Below are positions 13,806 through 27,075 of a DNA stretch of 64,000 bases, in pieces. Numbering within the stretch: position 1 is the stretch's first letter; each line of letters begins with the position of its first letter. Made by a program: the position numbers and the translations under genes. The stretch comes from the human T2T-CHM13v2.0 reference genome, Homo sapiens. The stretch lies in assembly GCF_009914755.1 (NCBI RefSeq), contig NC_060939.1. The stretch is one strand, 5' to 3'. Below the pieces are notes generated by a model that saw only the letters and a list, made by a program, of their open reading frames with translations, did not search any database and had not been told where the DNA came from.

Positions 13806-13971
13806 CTCTCAACTCAATGAGATCCTTCTTCATTGTTGAGATCAGGGAACTAGACTCGAACTACGTGCAAAAGGATGTGTTACCCAGACATTTGCTTGTC
13901 AACACCAATAGTTTACAGTTGTCCTTGCTTGGTGCCCCTGAGGGTTTGCCATACTGGATCCGTGCAGCATG
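13806..13971 (+). pseudogene. Candidate pseudo-exon E (ALNSMRSFFIVEIRELDSNYVQKDVLPRHLLVNTNSLQLSLLGAPEGLPYWIRAA)
   Basis: Acceptor ctaccAG, strong donor ATG|GTaaga; fully open 55 codons; phase 1 to 2. Confidence 0.65.
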
Positions 13972-14007
13972 GTAAGATTCTACATGGATGATGGGTGGAC
14001 GATCTCC

Positions 14008-14111
14008 TGTCTTTTGAACGATCGCTGATGGAGACAGTGAGCTTTACTCTTTCTCTTCTTATAAAGACACTGATTTCATTATGGTGGCTCCAGCCTCACA
14101 AACTCATCCAA
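14008..14111 (+). repeat. 104-bp direct duplicate of 12022-12125 (MLT1 fragment)
   Basis: Base-by-base comparison gives 3 mismatches in 104 bp, offset 1986. Confidence 0.95.
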
Positions 14112-14216
14112 TGTGGATGCAATGTGGGAGAAGGGTGATTTTGAAAGGGGTGTTAGGAGAGGGGCAACAGAAAACACATTCACAGGCAGGTCACTTTGTG
14201 AATGGTGCAAGGTTAA

Positions 14217-14530
14217 TTTTTTTTTTTTTTTTTTGAGAGAGAGAGATAGGGTCTTGCTTTGTCACCCAGGTTGGAGTGCGGTGGTGCAATCATACCTTAC
14301 TGTAACCTTGAATTCCCAGGCTCAAGAGATCCTCCTGCTTCAGGCTTCCCAGGAGCTGGGACTACAGGTGCATGCTACCACCTCTGGCTATTTTTGTTTG
14401 TTTGTTTGTAGACATGGGATCTTGCTATGTTGCCATGATAGGCTAGTCTCAAACTCCTAGCCTCAAGCGATCCTCCTGCCTCAGCTTCCTAAAGTGCTGG
14501 GATTATAGGCAGGTACCACTGCTCCTGGCT
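14217..14530 (-). mobile_element. AluJ
   Basis: ggctcaagagatcctcctgc, cctcaagcgatcctcctgcc; poly-T start. Confidence 0.88.
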
Positions 14531-14873
14531 AGTTGATGTGTTTGTTGTTGTTGTTGTTTTTAATCAATTCCTACTCCCTTTGAAAGTTCAGGTGTAGTCC
14601 CTTGAGGAAGATCAATGAAGTAGAAACCTTGGAGAAAGCTTCAGGAAGGAATCTTGAGTTGAGCCTAGTGACAGATGAGATTTAGATAAGCAGAGAAGAG
14701 TTGGGAAGATTATCCACCTGAGAGGCACAGAAGGAGCCAAGGCCTTGACTGTAGTGTCCTAACGGAAGGTGCCTGAAGAGACTGGCCTGGAAAAACCCAC
14801 CACTAAACCCTTTGGCTGTCTAACTCTCATCACAGAGTCTACAGAGATAAACAATATGAACATGACTCTAGAT

Positions 14874-15167
14874 CAGAGATTTAAAAAAAAAAAAAAACTC
14901 AAATGCTTATAGGAGCCAGGCAGGTGACAAAAAGTGGAGCAGCTACCGGGAGTATGTCATAGTGCAAAGTATGCACCGAGGGAAGTTGTTCCAGCCAAGT
15001 GGTCAGCCTCTACTCAGCAATAGTGGAAAGATGGATGCAGCATCGCAGTGTTTCTATGTTTTCAAGAGAAGTGGAAATCTGGACTGGAATGTAAATCTTC
15101 CACAATGGCAAGACGCAACATATTTCTGCCCTGTATCTGTCCTGTGAACATCACTTTGGTACCTCTG
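14874..15167 (+). mobile_element. Non-autonomous hAT-Charlie-type DNA transposon (MER)
   Basis: cagag..aactcaaatgcttataggagccaggcaggt start and ..acctctg end (TIR-like); ctctaga target context. Confidence 0.55.
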
Positions 15168-16186
15168 CTCTGAACTCTAAATTTTAGCCAAAGATCAAGC
15201 CAGAATATCAGAAAGCATCAAAGCTGAATTATTTTGCCCAGTATTAAGGGGAGATGCCAAGAACAAAATAGATGATCAATCCATATTTGACAGCTGAATG
15301 GAAGTCTACCTTTAGAAGGCCCTCCTTGACTTCCTTCTACTTGAGAGGTGGCTTGAGATTCATGCTGCTGAAGGGTAGAGTCTACAGTTGCTGCACTAAG
15401 TGTCTTTTGCCTGCAGCTGTTCCGTTTTCCTCTCCTTTCGACCAGCAGGAAGAACAGCTGCAATTACACCCACCTTCAGCTCTTCTGTAGGAGCTTGTTC
15501 TCTGCAGTTCCTATACTAACATTTCCACAGAGCTACATGTTTTCTTCTTACTGTTATTTGCCCCTGCCTTGGATTTCCTCATGTATTTATTTTATCCCGA
15601 TGCGCTCTGTGTATTTTGCAAGGCTGCTTGAATCCTTTTTGGAATGACATAGGGTATAAATAAATAAAAGCACTATCTCTGGAGCCCATCTCTTTTCCTA
15701 CCAGAATTTTCAGGCCCTGGGCCTATGGGGATGCCACTTAATAAATTACTGATTGCATGTATCCTGAAGGTGATGGAGCTTCCAAAGGTGCAGAACAAAC
15801 CACGAGAGAGTTGTTTAAGCGCTAGGAAAATCTGTCCCGATACATTATTCCAGATCTATATTTATGTTCATGGCTTGCAAAGCACCCCGGGGTCTTTTGG
15901 GATAAAAGAAACCGCATGAATCTAAGAAAATATTATTATATAGATTTATTTGGGGTTGCTAAAGAGCATGAGGCCCTCTAGAGAACCACAGGAGGAGAAT
16001 GAATTATTTTCTGCAATTTCCAACACTTGTCTTCTTAAGAGTCTCTCACTGAACCCCTGGTGCCTACCCTAATAGTTCCAGCTAATCTTGTTGCTATAGT
16101 TACAACAATTAATGATATGCTTAACTAGCCTTACTAGTACACTGCAGCAATTCAATTAAAATCTGATTTTATTCTTCTACTTTCAG

Positions 16187-16398
16187 GGTTTTTTTTTTCA
16201 GCCTCCAGCTCTGAAAATTGCCCATAATATGGATTCAAAGGGTCCCCGAAGCTGTTCAGTCCATTTCCCGGTGGCATCTTTGGCTAGAACTTGATGGAAC
16301 AGGGCACTGTTGCCCTGACATAGACCTTGCTATAAGAGCCAAGACATTGGGGAGCTTGAACTCAACAGTGGAGCAAATCGTAAAACGATATCCGATGG
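16187..16398 (+). pseudogene. Candidate pseudo-exon F (WVFFFSLQL*KLPIIWIQRVPEAVQSISRWHLWLELDGTGHCCPDIDLAIRAKTLGSLNSTVEQIVKRYPM)
   Basis: Strong acceptor attcttctactttcAG (a second in-frame AG at 16200-01); phase 2 matches exon E; one TGA at 16212; donor GT at 16399 (phase 1) or 16401 (phase 0). Confidence 0.6.
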
Positions 16399-16662
16399 GT
16401 GTAAGGCTGGTATGAAGAGATTTTTTTCCCCATCCTTAATTTTAATAATGTATTTAAATTGGAATGGAGAGACACAGGATTCCTAAATTAGTGACTGTGC
16501 CCAACCACTGGTTTGACATCTAAAGACACTTCCAGTGGCCCCAGAAGCTGTGCCATATAGTGGGGAGCACCTCTCCTGGGCAGCCCTGGAGACCAAAGGG
16601 GGACTTAAGAGGCAGTAGGATCAATGTAAGTTCCAAAGTGCATGGAGATTGTTGGTCTCCAG

Positions 16663-16838
16663 GTATCTGATGGAAACACATTGATTGGAAATGCTGGATT
16701 ATTGCCTCTTCTGCTGGCTACCAGTGTCACAGTAAAAGCCCAACACGTTCATTTACTAGGAGAGAAACAGACCTTGAGAGAGGTCTTGTTCAACTGTGCA
16801 TGCTTTCAAGGACAGAGCTGGTGGTAAAACCCATTCAG
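16663..16838 (+). pseudogene. Candidate pseudo-exon G (frame ambiguous; phase-1 reading GI*WKHIDWKCWIIASSAGYQCHSKSPTRSFTRRETDLERGLVQLCMLSRTELVVKPIQ)
   Basis: Acceptor gttggtctccAG, donor CAG|GTaaac; one stop in either the phase-0 or phase-1 reading. Confidence 0.5.
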
Positions 16839-16984
16839 GTAAACCTCTAGAGGTTGCAGTTTTTTTCTTTCTTTCTTCTTTTTAATTACAAAAGTCATTC
16901 TGTCAATGTGACTGACCCTATGGTTTTCTGATACGGCTCCATATTTTTAATTGTTCTCCTTCCTTTTTTAGCCCCCTAATAATG

Positions 16985-17150
16985 ACAGATAAAACTGATG
17001 AATTTCTACGCACCAGGTACTGTCCTAAGGGATTTCCCACATTATCTGATTTTGCAGATATGGAAACTGAGGACTGAGAACCCAAGGACACAGAGCTAGT
17101 AGCAGGATAACTGCCACACTCTGACCTGCCTGGCTCCCATCTGAGTTCTG
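16985..17150 (-). mobile_element. MIR
   Basis: ttttgcagatatggaaactgaggactgaga..ccaaggacacagagctagt. Confidence 0.7.
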
Positions 17151-17381
17151 AGTGTTTGTTCTCTCAGCTCCTCCCAATGCCTTTTCTACACTGACCCTCT
17201 TTCCTGAATTCCCTCATTACTGTGGTGCTTCAGTCTCCAACTCTGGAGGGGTCCCCCATCTCCAGCCCTGACCCTCCTTCACCAGCCTGCAATACAACCC
17301 TTGTCTTCCTATTGTCTCTTCAAACTCACTGTGTTCCCAACAGACCTGGAATTCCCCTCCCTAACTCCCCAACATCCATCC

Positions 17382-17561
17382 TCTTTACTGCTCTATGTCT
17401 GGGATGTGACCCACTGTCCTTACTGCTCTATGTCTGGGATGTGACCCACTGTCTTTACTGCTCTATGTCTGGGATGTGACCCACTGTCCTTACTGCTCTA
17501 TGTCTGGGATGTGACCCACTGTCTTTACTGCTCTATGTCTGGGATGTGACCCACTGTCCTT
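17382..17561. repeat. Minisatellite, 35-bp unit x5 (tactgctctatgtctgggatgtgacccactgtcYt)
   Basis: Unit starts at 17386, 17421, 17456, 17491 and 17526. Confidence 0.97.
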
Positions 17562-18045
17562 CCTGTCATAGGACCCTGAAGCCTCAGAGTTCTCTTCCAT
17601 CTTCAACTCCTCATCTGCTCCTAGGGCCAAAGGAGCACACTGGCACATGGAAGGGGACTGGTTCTAATCCCTTTGCCATGAGCCAGAGTGTGGGTTTGGC
17701 AAGAAATGACAACACACACGCCAGCTTTCTACACTGCTGTGGTTTTCCCGTGTCATGCATTCCCTTCCATCCCTCCTGGGGGTTCAGGGGTTTTGTGCCA
17801 TCCTGCAGGGCAGGTATGCGAAGGGAACACCCATACCCATCTGTCCTTCCTGGATACTGGCCTTCTTCTCTAGACCGTTATTGCATCCCACTCCCTCGAT
17901 CAAACATGACCTTTCTGTGACCACACAGGGACAAGACAACCACCAAAGTCTTTTGGAGCTATATCTTGTTCCAAGTACAAAGTCAGTACGTGGTAGGCAT
18001 TTCAATTCTAAATTCAAATTTGCTTCTTTAGAAAGTTTTTTTTCA

Positions 18046-18570
<525 letters not shown>

Positions 18571-18594
18571 TTAAAAGATATTGATTGTTTTATA

Positions 18595-18860
18595 TTGGCA
18601 AGGCACCGTGTTAGGTGCAAATATTATGTATCCCCCAAATAAATGTTCATCAATGGGTAAATGAATGGGTGAATGAGAGAATGGATGTATCTATTTATTT
18701 ATTTATTCATTCATGTATTTATTCATCGTGGAGACCACATTGGGCTCTGAGAACAAAGTGTTATTTTCATTGTTCATGCATTCCACGAATGTTTCACAAA
18801 TGTCTTGTATGTGCCAGTCACCGTGCCGGACCCTGAGAATATGAAGATGAACAGTATTAT
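18595..18860. mobile_element. L2 3'-end fragments in opposite orientations
   Basis: aataaatgtt..aatgaatgg and attcattcat..tgtgccag. Confidence 0.5.
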
Positions 18861-18984
18861 GTGTACTAAATCACTAGGGAAGGAGGTAAAGTCCAGTGAT
18901 GTGGGCTGGGAGGTGGAGGCCAATGACAGTGACCCCACCGGGGCCTGAGTCGTCCCAGAGCTCTGCTGGCTCTGCCTGATGCAG

Positions 18985-19274
18985 GAAAGGCCCGAGGATA
19001 CTGCAGCTGAGAGACGCTTCCCTCAGGGTTCCTCTTGGAGCCTGCTGACCCCGTGTGGCCTGCCACTTGACTCATCTATGAAACTATGACCCCGATTTTA
19101 TGAACACCACAGCCCCCACAGTTCAGTAACAAAGAGACACATCCATGAGCCGACAGAGAATCCTCATCTACCCCACTTAATCCACGGAGGTGGTAAAAAC
19201 AGCCCATCACCATCCAGGCTTCCCTGGCAGCCGGCCGGCTGTCCCTGGGAAAGGCAGTGAGAGGATCTGCCTGG
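18985..19274 (+). pseudogene. Possible further/terminal pseudo-exon H (ERPEDTAAERRFPQGSSWSLLTPCGLPLDSSMKL*PRFYEHHSP...WERQ*)
   Basis: Acceptor ctgcctgatgcAG; phase 0 matches the phase-1 reading of exon G; 91 codons with one internal TGA (19087); CpG-richer than flanks. Confidence 0.3.
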
Positions 19275-20413
19275 GTAAACTCAGTGATGCCGGTCACACC
19301 ACCGCGCTGTCCTCACCTACTGCAGATGCTGCAAAGGGGCTCGAGTCCCACATTTAGCTTTCATTAATCGATCCTCATTCGGGAACAGACTTAATCTGAC
19401 CAACTCCACTAAAGGAAAATAAAATATGAAGAATATCCCGGGAACAGCTATTCCTTACACAATCACCATGGAAACACTGCCGTCACAGGGGCTGTCTAGG
19501 CCAAAGCCGTGCAGAAAAGAGGATGGTTGTGGTGTGCTTGGTGCCCTCACCCTTCAGGGCACAGCAGCCTGGGGACATGAATAGGGTCACAGGCAAATTA
19601 TAGTATTCGCCTGCCTCTGCCCCAGCTGCTACTAGAAAACCTGGTGCGCCTTCACATACCTACCCAGCCAGCTTTCAGGATGCTCAGGAGTGTCTCAGCC
19701 GAGATGAACTCACCCCTGGACCTTTTCACAGTCATTGCTGGGATGGGACCTGTGCTAGCACCTCCCAAAGACACCAAGCAAACCAGAGGCAGAGATGTCC
19801 TTCTGGCAGCAGGCTCGGCTGTTGTCTTGTGGCCCAGAATGTCCCTTGGGCTAACACTGAATCCAACTTAGAAACTGGCCCTGTAGCCCATCTGTTCTCC
19901 TCTCTCCGTGCAGGAGCCACAGTCCAAGCTCCTACTTGATGCCAGGGTCTTAGAAACAGGGTAAGCCCCCTCCTTCAGCCTTTTCTGTCATCATACATCC
20001 ACAATCCCCCTACTCTCACCCCCAGATGCTGAGGGATGCTCCCCAGCTAACCCCCTTCTCCCTGCCCATCTACCCTGAATCTTGAATCAAGGTTCCTTGA
20101 GTCCATCTGCCTGTGCCTCTCTGCTCTTGCTTCTCTATTGCGAACTCCTTCTCAAGGGGACCCCCAGTTTTTCACATAAATAAGCCTCTCAGAGGTCTTC
20201 CCCTCCTTTTCCACACCTGCTGAATCCCTGGGTGAACACATTTGGGTAACTTTTGGCTTAAAGACAATTAATTCAAGCGAAGCCATGCAACTGGGTGATT
20301 TGTAGGAACTTCCATTTGTTCACTCAATTTTTTACTGCCTGAGCTTCACAGAAGGCTTGGCTCCTTCACAAAGACATGGGTGGGAGGCTGGTGCTGGATT
20401 GAATGAAAGGTAC

Positions 20414-20784
20414 TGCTATGGACTAAATTGTGTCCTCTCACAAAATTTATAAGTTAAAGTCTAATCCCATTATCACTGTATTTGAGGTAAAGAAGTAATT
20501 AAGATTGAAGGAGGTCATAAGGGTGGAGCCCAAATTTGACAAGATTCATGTTTCTATAAGAGGAGGGAAACATCAGAGAGCACACTTTCCCTCTCCACCA
20601 TGTGAGGACATAGCAAAAAGACTGCTGTCTACAAGCCAGGTAGAGAGCCCTCACCAGAAACCAAGTCAGCTGGAACCTTGATCTTGGACTTCCCAGCCTC
20701 CAGAACCATGAAAACATAAATGCCTGTCATTTAAGACCACCAAACAAAGGTATTTTTTTATGGTGGCCCAAGCAGACTGAGGCA
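20414..20784 (+). mobile_element. MLT1A0-like solo LTR
   Basis: tgctatggactaaattgtgtcc...gatcttggacttcccagcctccagaacc...agcagactgaggca. Confidence 0.88.
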
Positions 20785-21431
20785 TGTACAAACGGCTGCT
20801 CAGACAGTAGGCAACGTTTATGGACCATCTGGAAGACAACATGCTGTCTGGGTACAGCCACTTGCACTGTTTATTTAATCCTCACAGCATCTTCCAAGAC
20901 CTGCGTTGATATCCTCAGTCTACCCAGGGAACCCAGTACCCATGAGGTTTAGCTATTGGCCCAAGTGGCAGGGCTGGTATCCAGACTTAGGTCTAGAGAA
21001 TTCCAAATGCTGGAGTGAGGGGAAGGGAGAGAAAATGTTGGAAGGTTCACAGTCTCACAGAAAGGGTCTGGCATGGCTCACTATCCATTTGCTCATTGCC
21101 CTTGTTCCCTGGGACAGTCCTGGAGACTGAGTGTTCTCATTGCCAGACCCAGAAGGTAGTGGAGCATTGGGCTTGGCATTATTTCCAGCTTGTATATCTC
21201 AGGGACAGTAGAGCTCTCCATCTTCCTTATCAGATGATGAGCCAGAACAAGGAGCCTCACTCACATCTATCCACCCCTTGGCTCTAGTCCTTCCTTTCTG
21301 CATATCCCTGGAAGCATTTTCTTGAATTCCTGGGCCATCTGGCCTTTTCATTCATATCAAACCCTATCCCTGCTTCTCCTAATGTATTGCTGGAGCATAC
21401 ATAATTTATGACAACAGTTGTGTCTTTAATT

Positions 21432-22450
21432 TGTGGCAGGCATGAAAATGCACCACCCAGATCACCTTTAAGAAAAGACTCGCCACCAGCAAGGACAGTA
21501 GTAAGCTGAGAGCTTCTAGCTCCTTCAAGATCTGCCTCAGCTTTTGAGCCATGGTCATGCTATTCTTGGGCTGCCTTCAAAAAGTAGCAGGAATGGAGGA
21601 GCAAGAGGCTAAGGACAGTTACCCCAATAAAAAGTCACCATCTCTTGCTCAATTTCTGGAAGTGTGATAGTTTTCAAATCTGAAACTTACTCTAAAGGCT
21701 GGCAGTGTCTTCATGGAGAAAGACTGCAACACTATGGCAAGTATCTACTGTAATTATTTCCCCAGTCCTTCCCCCTTTTACTAGAGTAGCAGAACACAGA
21801 GAAAGGGGACTATTCATATATTCTGGGGATCACTGGACACAGGCCTAGGTTGACACTGATTCACAGAGACCTGAACTATGCTGGCTTCTGGTTAGAGTGG
21901 AGGCTTATGTGGAGGTAAAGTAACAATGGAATTCTGGCCGAATTTCAGCTTACACTATGTCCACTGGGTCCACAGACTCACCTGATAGTCACTTCTTCAG
22001 TTTCCAAATTTATAATTGAATTCGACATATTTGGCAGTTAGCTAAATCCCTATCTTGGGTCCTAGGCCTTTGTAACAATAGCTGTCAGAGAGAAGACCAA
22101 GTGGCATTGGCCAGATAGTAAATCGAACATGGATGGTATCAAACCCAGGGGAGGGAGGATAGCAGGTAGTAGTACCACCTTAAAGGCATTAATTGGGTTA
22201 GTGGTTTTTACATATCTCCATGTAATTCACCAGTCTGTCCCTGAAGAAGCAATACATTCTGGAAAATGATTGTGGATAATCTTGAGCTTAACCAAGTAGT
22301 AGACTCACTTACCTGAGATATGGACACTGATGCGGCAAATTAATTTTTTTCCATCTCACTCAAGGAAGAGGATCACAGTTTACACCTACATGGAATAGAC
22401 AAAACATATGTTTACAGTTTATTCCTCGGGGCTACTTTAACTTTCTCTTC
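21432..22450 (+). mobile_element. ERVL-class (HERV16/ERV3-16-like) LTR fragment plus degenerate protease/RT remnants
   Basis: ctggacacagg..ttgacactgatt (LDTG..LTLI protease); aattcaccagtc..tggaaaatgattgtggat..cttaaccaagta (NSPV..WRMTVD..LNQV RT); tttacagtt..cctcggggctac (FTV.PQGY). Confidence 0.75.
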
Positions 22451-22455
22451 CTCGA

Positions 22456-23027
22456 TTTTATTTATTTATTACTATTAAGTTCTAGGGTACATGTGCACAA
22501 CGTGCAGGTTTAATACATAGGTATACATGTGCCATGTTGGTTTGCTGCACCCATCAACTCATCATTTACATTAGGTATTTCTCCAAATGCTATCCCTTCC
22601 CCAGCTCCCCAGCCCGACAGGCCCCAGTGTGTGACGTTCCCTGCCCTTTATCCAAGTGATCTCATTGTTCAGTTCCCACCTATGAGTGAGAACACGTATT
22701 TGGTTTTCTGTCCTCGTGATAGTTTGCTGAGAATGATGGTTTCCAGCTTCATCCACGCCCCTGCAAAGGATATGAACTCATCCTTTTTTATGGCTGCATA
22801 GTATTCCATGGTGTATATGTGCCACATTTTCTTAATCCAGCCTATCATTGATGGACATTTGGGTTAGTTCCAAGTCTTTGCTATTGTGAATAGTGCCACA
22901 ATAAACATACATGTGCATGTGTCTTTATAGCAGCATGATTTATAATCCATTGGGTATATACCCAGTAATGGGACTGCTGGGTCAAATGGTAATTCTAGTT
23001 CTAGATCCTTCAGGAATCACCACACTG
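22456..23027 (-). mobile_element. L1PA (approx. L1PA5-8) 3' end
   Basis: aagttctagggtacatgtgcacaacgtgcagg...ttctagttctagatcctt. Confidence 0.92.
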
Positions 23028-23274
23028 CAGTGATGGGCAATAAACAGTATGGAGATTCAGGCACCTGCAACTTCAGAGACCTGCTGCATCTTGCATACTC
23101 TATCACATCAAATGCAAAGATACTTTGCTAAATATCATAAAGGGAAATAAAAGGATGAGTTGGAGAGAATATCAACGAAATTTTGATTAAAACACCATCA
23201 GATTCATTGAATCTATAGATCAAATTGGAGACAATGAGCATCTTTACAATTTTGAGTATTCTAATCCACAAATA

Positions 23275-23669
23275 TGTATGTTAGCTTTCTAGGGCTGCCA
23301 TAAAGTACCACAGACTGCATGGCTTAAAAGAAACAAATTTATTTTATCACAGTTCTGTAAGCGAGAAGTCTGAGAGCAAGGTTTCAGTAAGGTTGGTGTC
23401 TTCTGAGGCTTTTCTCCTTGGCCTGTAGTTGGCCGCTTTCTCCCCATGTCCTCACATGGCTTCCTTTGTACCTGTTGGTGTCCAAATTTCCTCTTAAGGA
23501 TAGCAGTCATATTGGATTAGGATCTATCCTAATGGCCCCATTTTAACTTAATTCACTCTTTGAAGATCACCATCTCCAAATGTAGTCACATTTTTACTAT
23601 GGGGGTTCTGTCCTGGGGGTTACAACTTCAACTTAGGCATTTTGGGAGAAGCCACAATTCAGACCAGAA
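23275..23669 (-). mobile_element. MLT1B/C-like LTR
   Basis: tagggctgccataaagtaccacagactg..ggtgtccaaatttcctct..agtcatattggattagg. Confidence 0.85.
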
Positions 23670-24068
23670 TAAAATATTCCTCTATTTATTCATGCCTTCT
23701 TTCTCTCAATTACATTTTACAGTGTTTAGTGTGTTGAAGTGATGCCCTTTTTTCCCTAGGTATTTGATTTATTCCTAGGTATTTGATGTTTTGACGCTCT
23801 TATAATTGGTATCATTTTTAATGCCATTCTCTATTTGCTGCTGGTATATTAAAGTATTGAATTTCATACATTGACCTTTTATTCAGTGACCTCATTAAAT
23901 TCATTAACTGCAATAGTGTATTTGTGAATTCCTTTAGATTTCTCTACTTCACAACCATATGGTCTGAAAATAATGTTATTTTATTTCTTTCCTTTTAGTC
24001 CTTGTACTTTTTATTCATTATTCTTACCTTATTGCACTGACTTGGACAACTAGTACAATAATGAATGG

Positions 24069-24668
24069 TGTGATTGTTAATATTGAGTGTTGATTAGATT
24101 GGATTGATGCAAAGTATTGTTTATGGGTGTGTCTGTTGCCAAAGGAGATTAACATTTGAGTCAGTGGACTTGGAGAGGCAGACTCACTCTTAATCTGGGT
24201 GGGCACCATCTAATTAGCTGCCAGCACCGCTAAAATAAAGCAGCAGATAAAATAAGATAAAAGCAGAAGATAAAGATAAAATAGGCAGAAGAAGATGGAA
24301 AGAGCTGACTTGCTGAGTCTTCTGGCCTCCATCTTTCTCCTGTGCTGGATGCTTCCTGCCCTCGACCACCAGACTCCAAGTTCTTCAGCTTTTGGACCCT
24401 TGGACTTAGACCAATGTTCTGCCAGGGGCTCTGAGGCTTCATCCACAGACTGAAGGCTGCGCTGTTGGCTTCCCTACTTTTGAGGTTTTGGGACACTTTG
24501 AGCACTTGGGACCCTACGTTGAGGTCTTGGCTTCCTTGCCCCTCAGCTTGCAGATGGCCTATTGTGGGACTTTACCTTAAGATCCTGTGAGTCAATACTC
24601 CTTAACAAACTCCCCTTCATATATATATCTATCCTATTAGTGCTGTCCCTGTAGAGAACCCTAATACA
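24069..24668 (+). mobile_element. MLT2A/B-like ERVL solo LTR
   Basis: tgtgattgttaatattgagtgt...gagaaccctaataca; TSD aatgg/aacgg. Confidence 0.88.
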
Positions 24669-26013
24669 AACGGAAATGATAATAAACACTTTGTCCTATT
24701 TCCGTTGTTTAGAAAATGCCTCCTATGTAGCACTATAAATTATAAAATGTTTGATTTATTTGAGCTGCTTCTTATCAGCTTAAGGAAGTTCTTTTTGCTG
24801 TTTCTTGTTTGCTGAGCATTCTTATCAGCAATTAGTAATAGATTTTATTAAATTATGATTCTTCACCTGTTCCTTGTAGGAACTTTAATTACATATTAAA
24901 TTTATTTAATAGATAGTAGAAAGAAATAGTAGTATTTAAATAGTAGAAAAACAGACTTTCTTTCTCCTATTTTTAATTCTGTTTGAGAGGTTTTTCTTTT
25001 TAATTAGAGTATTTGGTTCATTTACATTTAACATAATTGCTGACATAGTTTGGTTTTTATCTGTTATCTACTACTGTTATCTATTTTATCTGCTCTGCAT
25101 GCCTTTTATGCCTTTCTTGAAACATTTTGAACCAATAAGACATTTAAAAATTTCTCCCCAGTTCCTTTTCTCTTGTTAACTGTAATTTCTTTTATCCTCC
25201 TTTAAGGGTTGCACAGTGATTACACCAAACATCGTTGATTTATTAGATTCTAATAAAACTTGGTACTTGGATCACTTCCCAGGTAGTAAAACAACTTCAC
25301 AAATTTTAATTTCATTACCTTGCTTCCATCTTTTTGTGTTGTTTTGTATATTTGTTCTTCATGTATTTTAAATCATTATTGTTCTGTATAGTCAGTATTT
25401 ATTTAGATCTATCCATATATTTACATTTTTCATTTCTTTTTTTCTTGTATTTCCATGTTTACATCTGAAATAGGTCTTTCTCTATCTCAGGAAATACTTC
25501 AGTATTTCCTTTAGTGTCTGCCTGAAGGTAACAATTGTTTAAATTTTGGTCTGTCTGATAATGCCCTTATTTTTCCTCCATTCTTAAGGAATGGTTTTCC
25601 TGGATAGAATTCTAGCTTGGCAGTTATACTCAGAAAATCTATTCAGCAATATTTGTCTGGTACCTAATATTTATCTAAAAGGAAATACATAACTCAGTTA
25701 ACTTTGCTTATCTATAGGTATAAGTGTTACAGGTGGTTATTTTTTGTTATGTAATTGGAATAAATGATTCCCATTTTTAACTACAGTAGCTTCACTATTC
25801 TTCTTTTCCATTTAAAATTATAAACCAAATTAATGGTAAAATTATAGCTCATTTAAGGAACATTTAATTTAAGAGGTTTAAGTTGTCCTGTCTTCTACAC
25901 AGAATTTTCCATGAGAACAAAACATAGAAATATTATGAAGAGACCTGTTTAAACTGTCATAAATGGTCCCCACCCTCAAATCACTGACTAAAACTTACCT
26001 TACACAAGATGCC

Positions 26014-26356
26014 TGCTATCGACTAAATTATTGTGTTCCCTCAAAATTCTTATGTTGAAATCATAATCCCCAATGTGATGGTATTAGGAGGTGAAGTCTT
26101 TGGGAGGTGATTAGGTCCTGAGGTCTCCCTCATGATGGGAGCTGCCTCAGAGAGCTGCCTCATCCCATTCACCGTGTCAGGATGCAATGAAAGATGGCGT
26201 TTACGAACCAGGAAGTGGGCCCTCACCAGACTCTGAATCCGCCAGTGCTTTGATCTCGGATTTTCCAGCCTCCAGAACCATGAGAAATAAATCTTTATTG
26301 TTGATAAACCACTCAGTTTTTGGCATTTTGTTATAGCAGCCCAAATGGACACAGAC
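26014..26356 (+). mobile_element. MLT1A-like LTR
   Basis: tgctatcgactaaatt..ggccctcaccagac..ttttgttatagcagcccaaatggac. Confidence 0.85.
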
Positions 26357-26899
26357 TGTGCCATAAACACATGATCCTTAAGCATAATTCTGTCGAAAAT
26401 TGCATCCCACACACATTTCATCCAGAGTGAAAAGAAGAGTATCCACCATCCTTCATACACAGTACTAGTCACTTCCTAAACCTCATTACGGCTGGTAATA
26501 ATGCTTCCCCAACAGGAATTAATTTTATGCTAATCATATATGTCAGTGACTCTCACAGCTGCTCCACAGAAGCAACGGTTTTGCAAATTAGTTGCTTTCT
26601 TATTTGGGAAAGGTGTGGGATGGGCCAGAAGGAAAGGCATCACTGGAACTCACATAATGTTTTTAGACTTGTTAATTAGCCTCGCAGTCTCGTTTTATCA
26701 TTTCATCCGAAGATGGTTTGGGGCTTAAAACAGTCCTGAGGTCATCAATTCTGACTCAGCTTATTAACACTGGGTTTGTCAGATAATTGGAAAGGTCAAA
26801 AAACAGTGTCTAGTCTTTCTCCTAAAGCTAAAATTACTGTCAGAAAAATTTCTAAGAGATATTCCAGCCCTTGCAGGAAGGAGCTTAGGAATTAAGTAG

Positions 26900-27075
26900 A
26901 TCTTAACTTAGATCTTTGGTCCCTGCTGCCTTGCTGTGTGGCCCTAAGAACACAGCTTATCTTTGTGAATCTAAGTCGTCTTCTCTGTGAAAATGAAAAT
27001 TAAAATGCCTCTCACATAGGGAGGAACAAGAAGCATAATGTCCAGCACACAATGGGGTAAAGATAAATGTTCATC
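26900..27075 (+). mobile_element. MIR fragment
   Basis: gctgtgtggcc..tctctgtgaaaatg..cctctcacatagg. Confidence 0.55.

Larger units (their letters stand above)
23150..25630 (-). mobile_element. Ancient L1M fragments, split by MLT1 and MLT2 LTRs
   Basis: cattgaatctatagatcaaattgg, cttattgcactgactt, gaattctagcttggcag. Confidence 0.65.

Noticed and set aside
15272-15490. 72-aa + ORF between exons E and F as an additional exon
   Set aside because: Its plausible splice sites give phase 1-1, incompatible with the phase-2 E-F junction; weak donor.
17382-17561. CRISPR-like array
   Set aside because: Eukaryotic DNA; head-to-tail units with no unique spacers, so a minisatellite.
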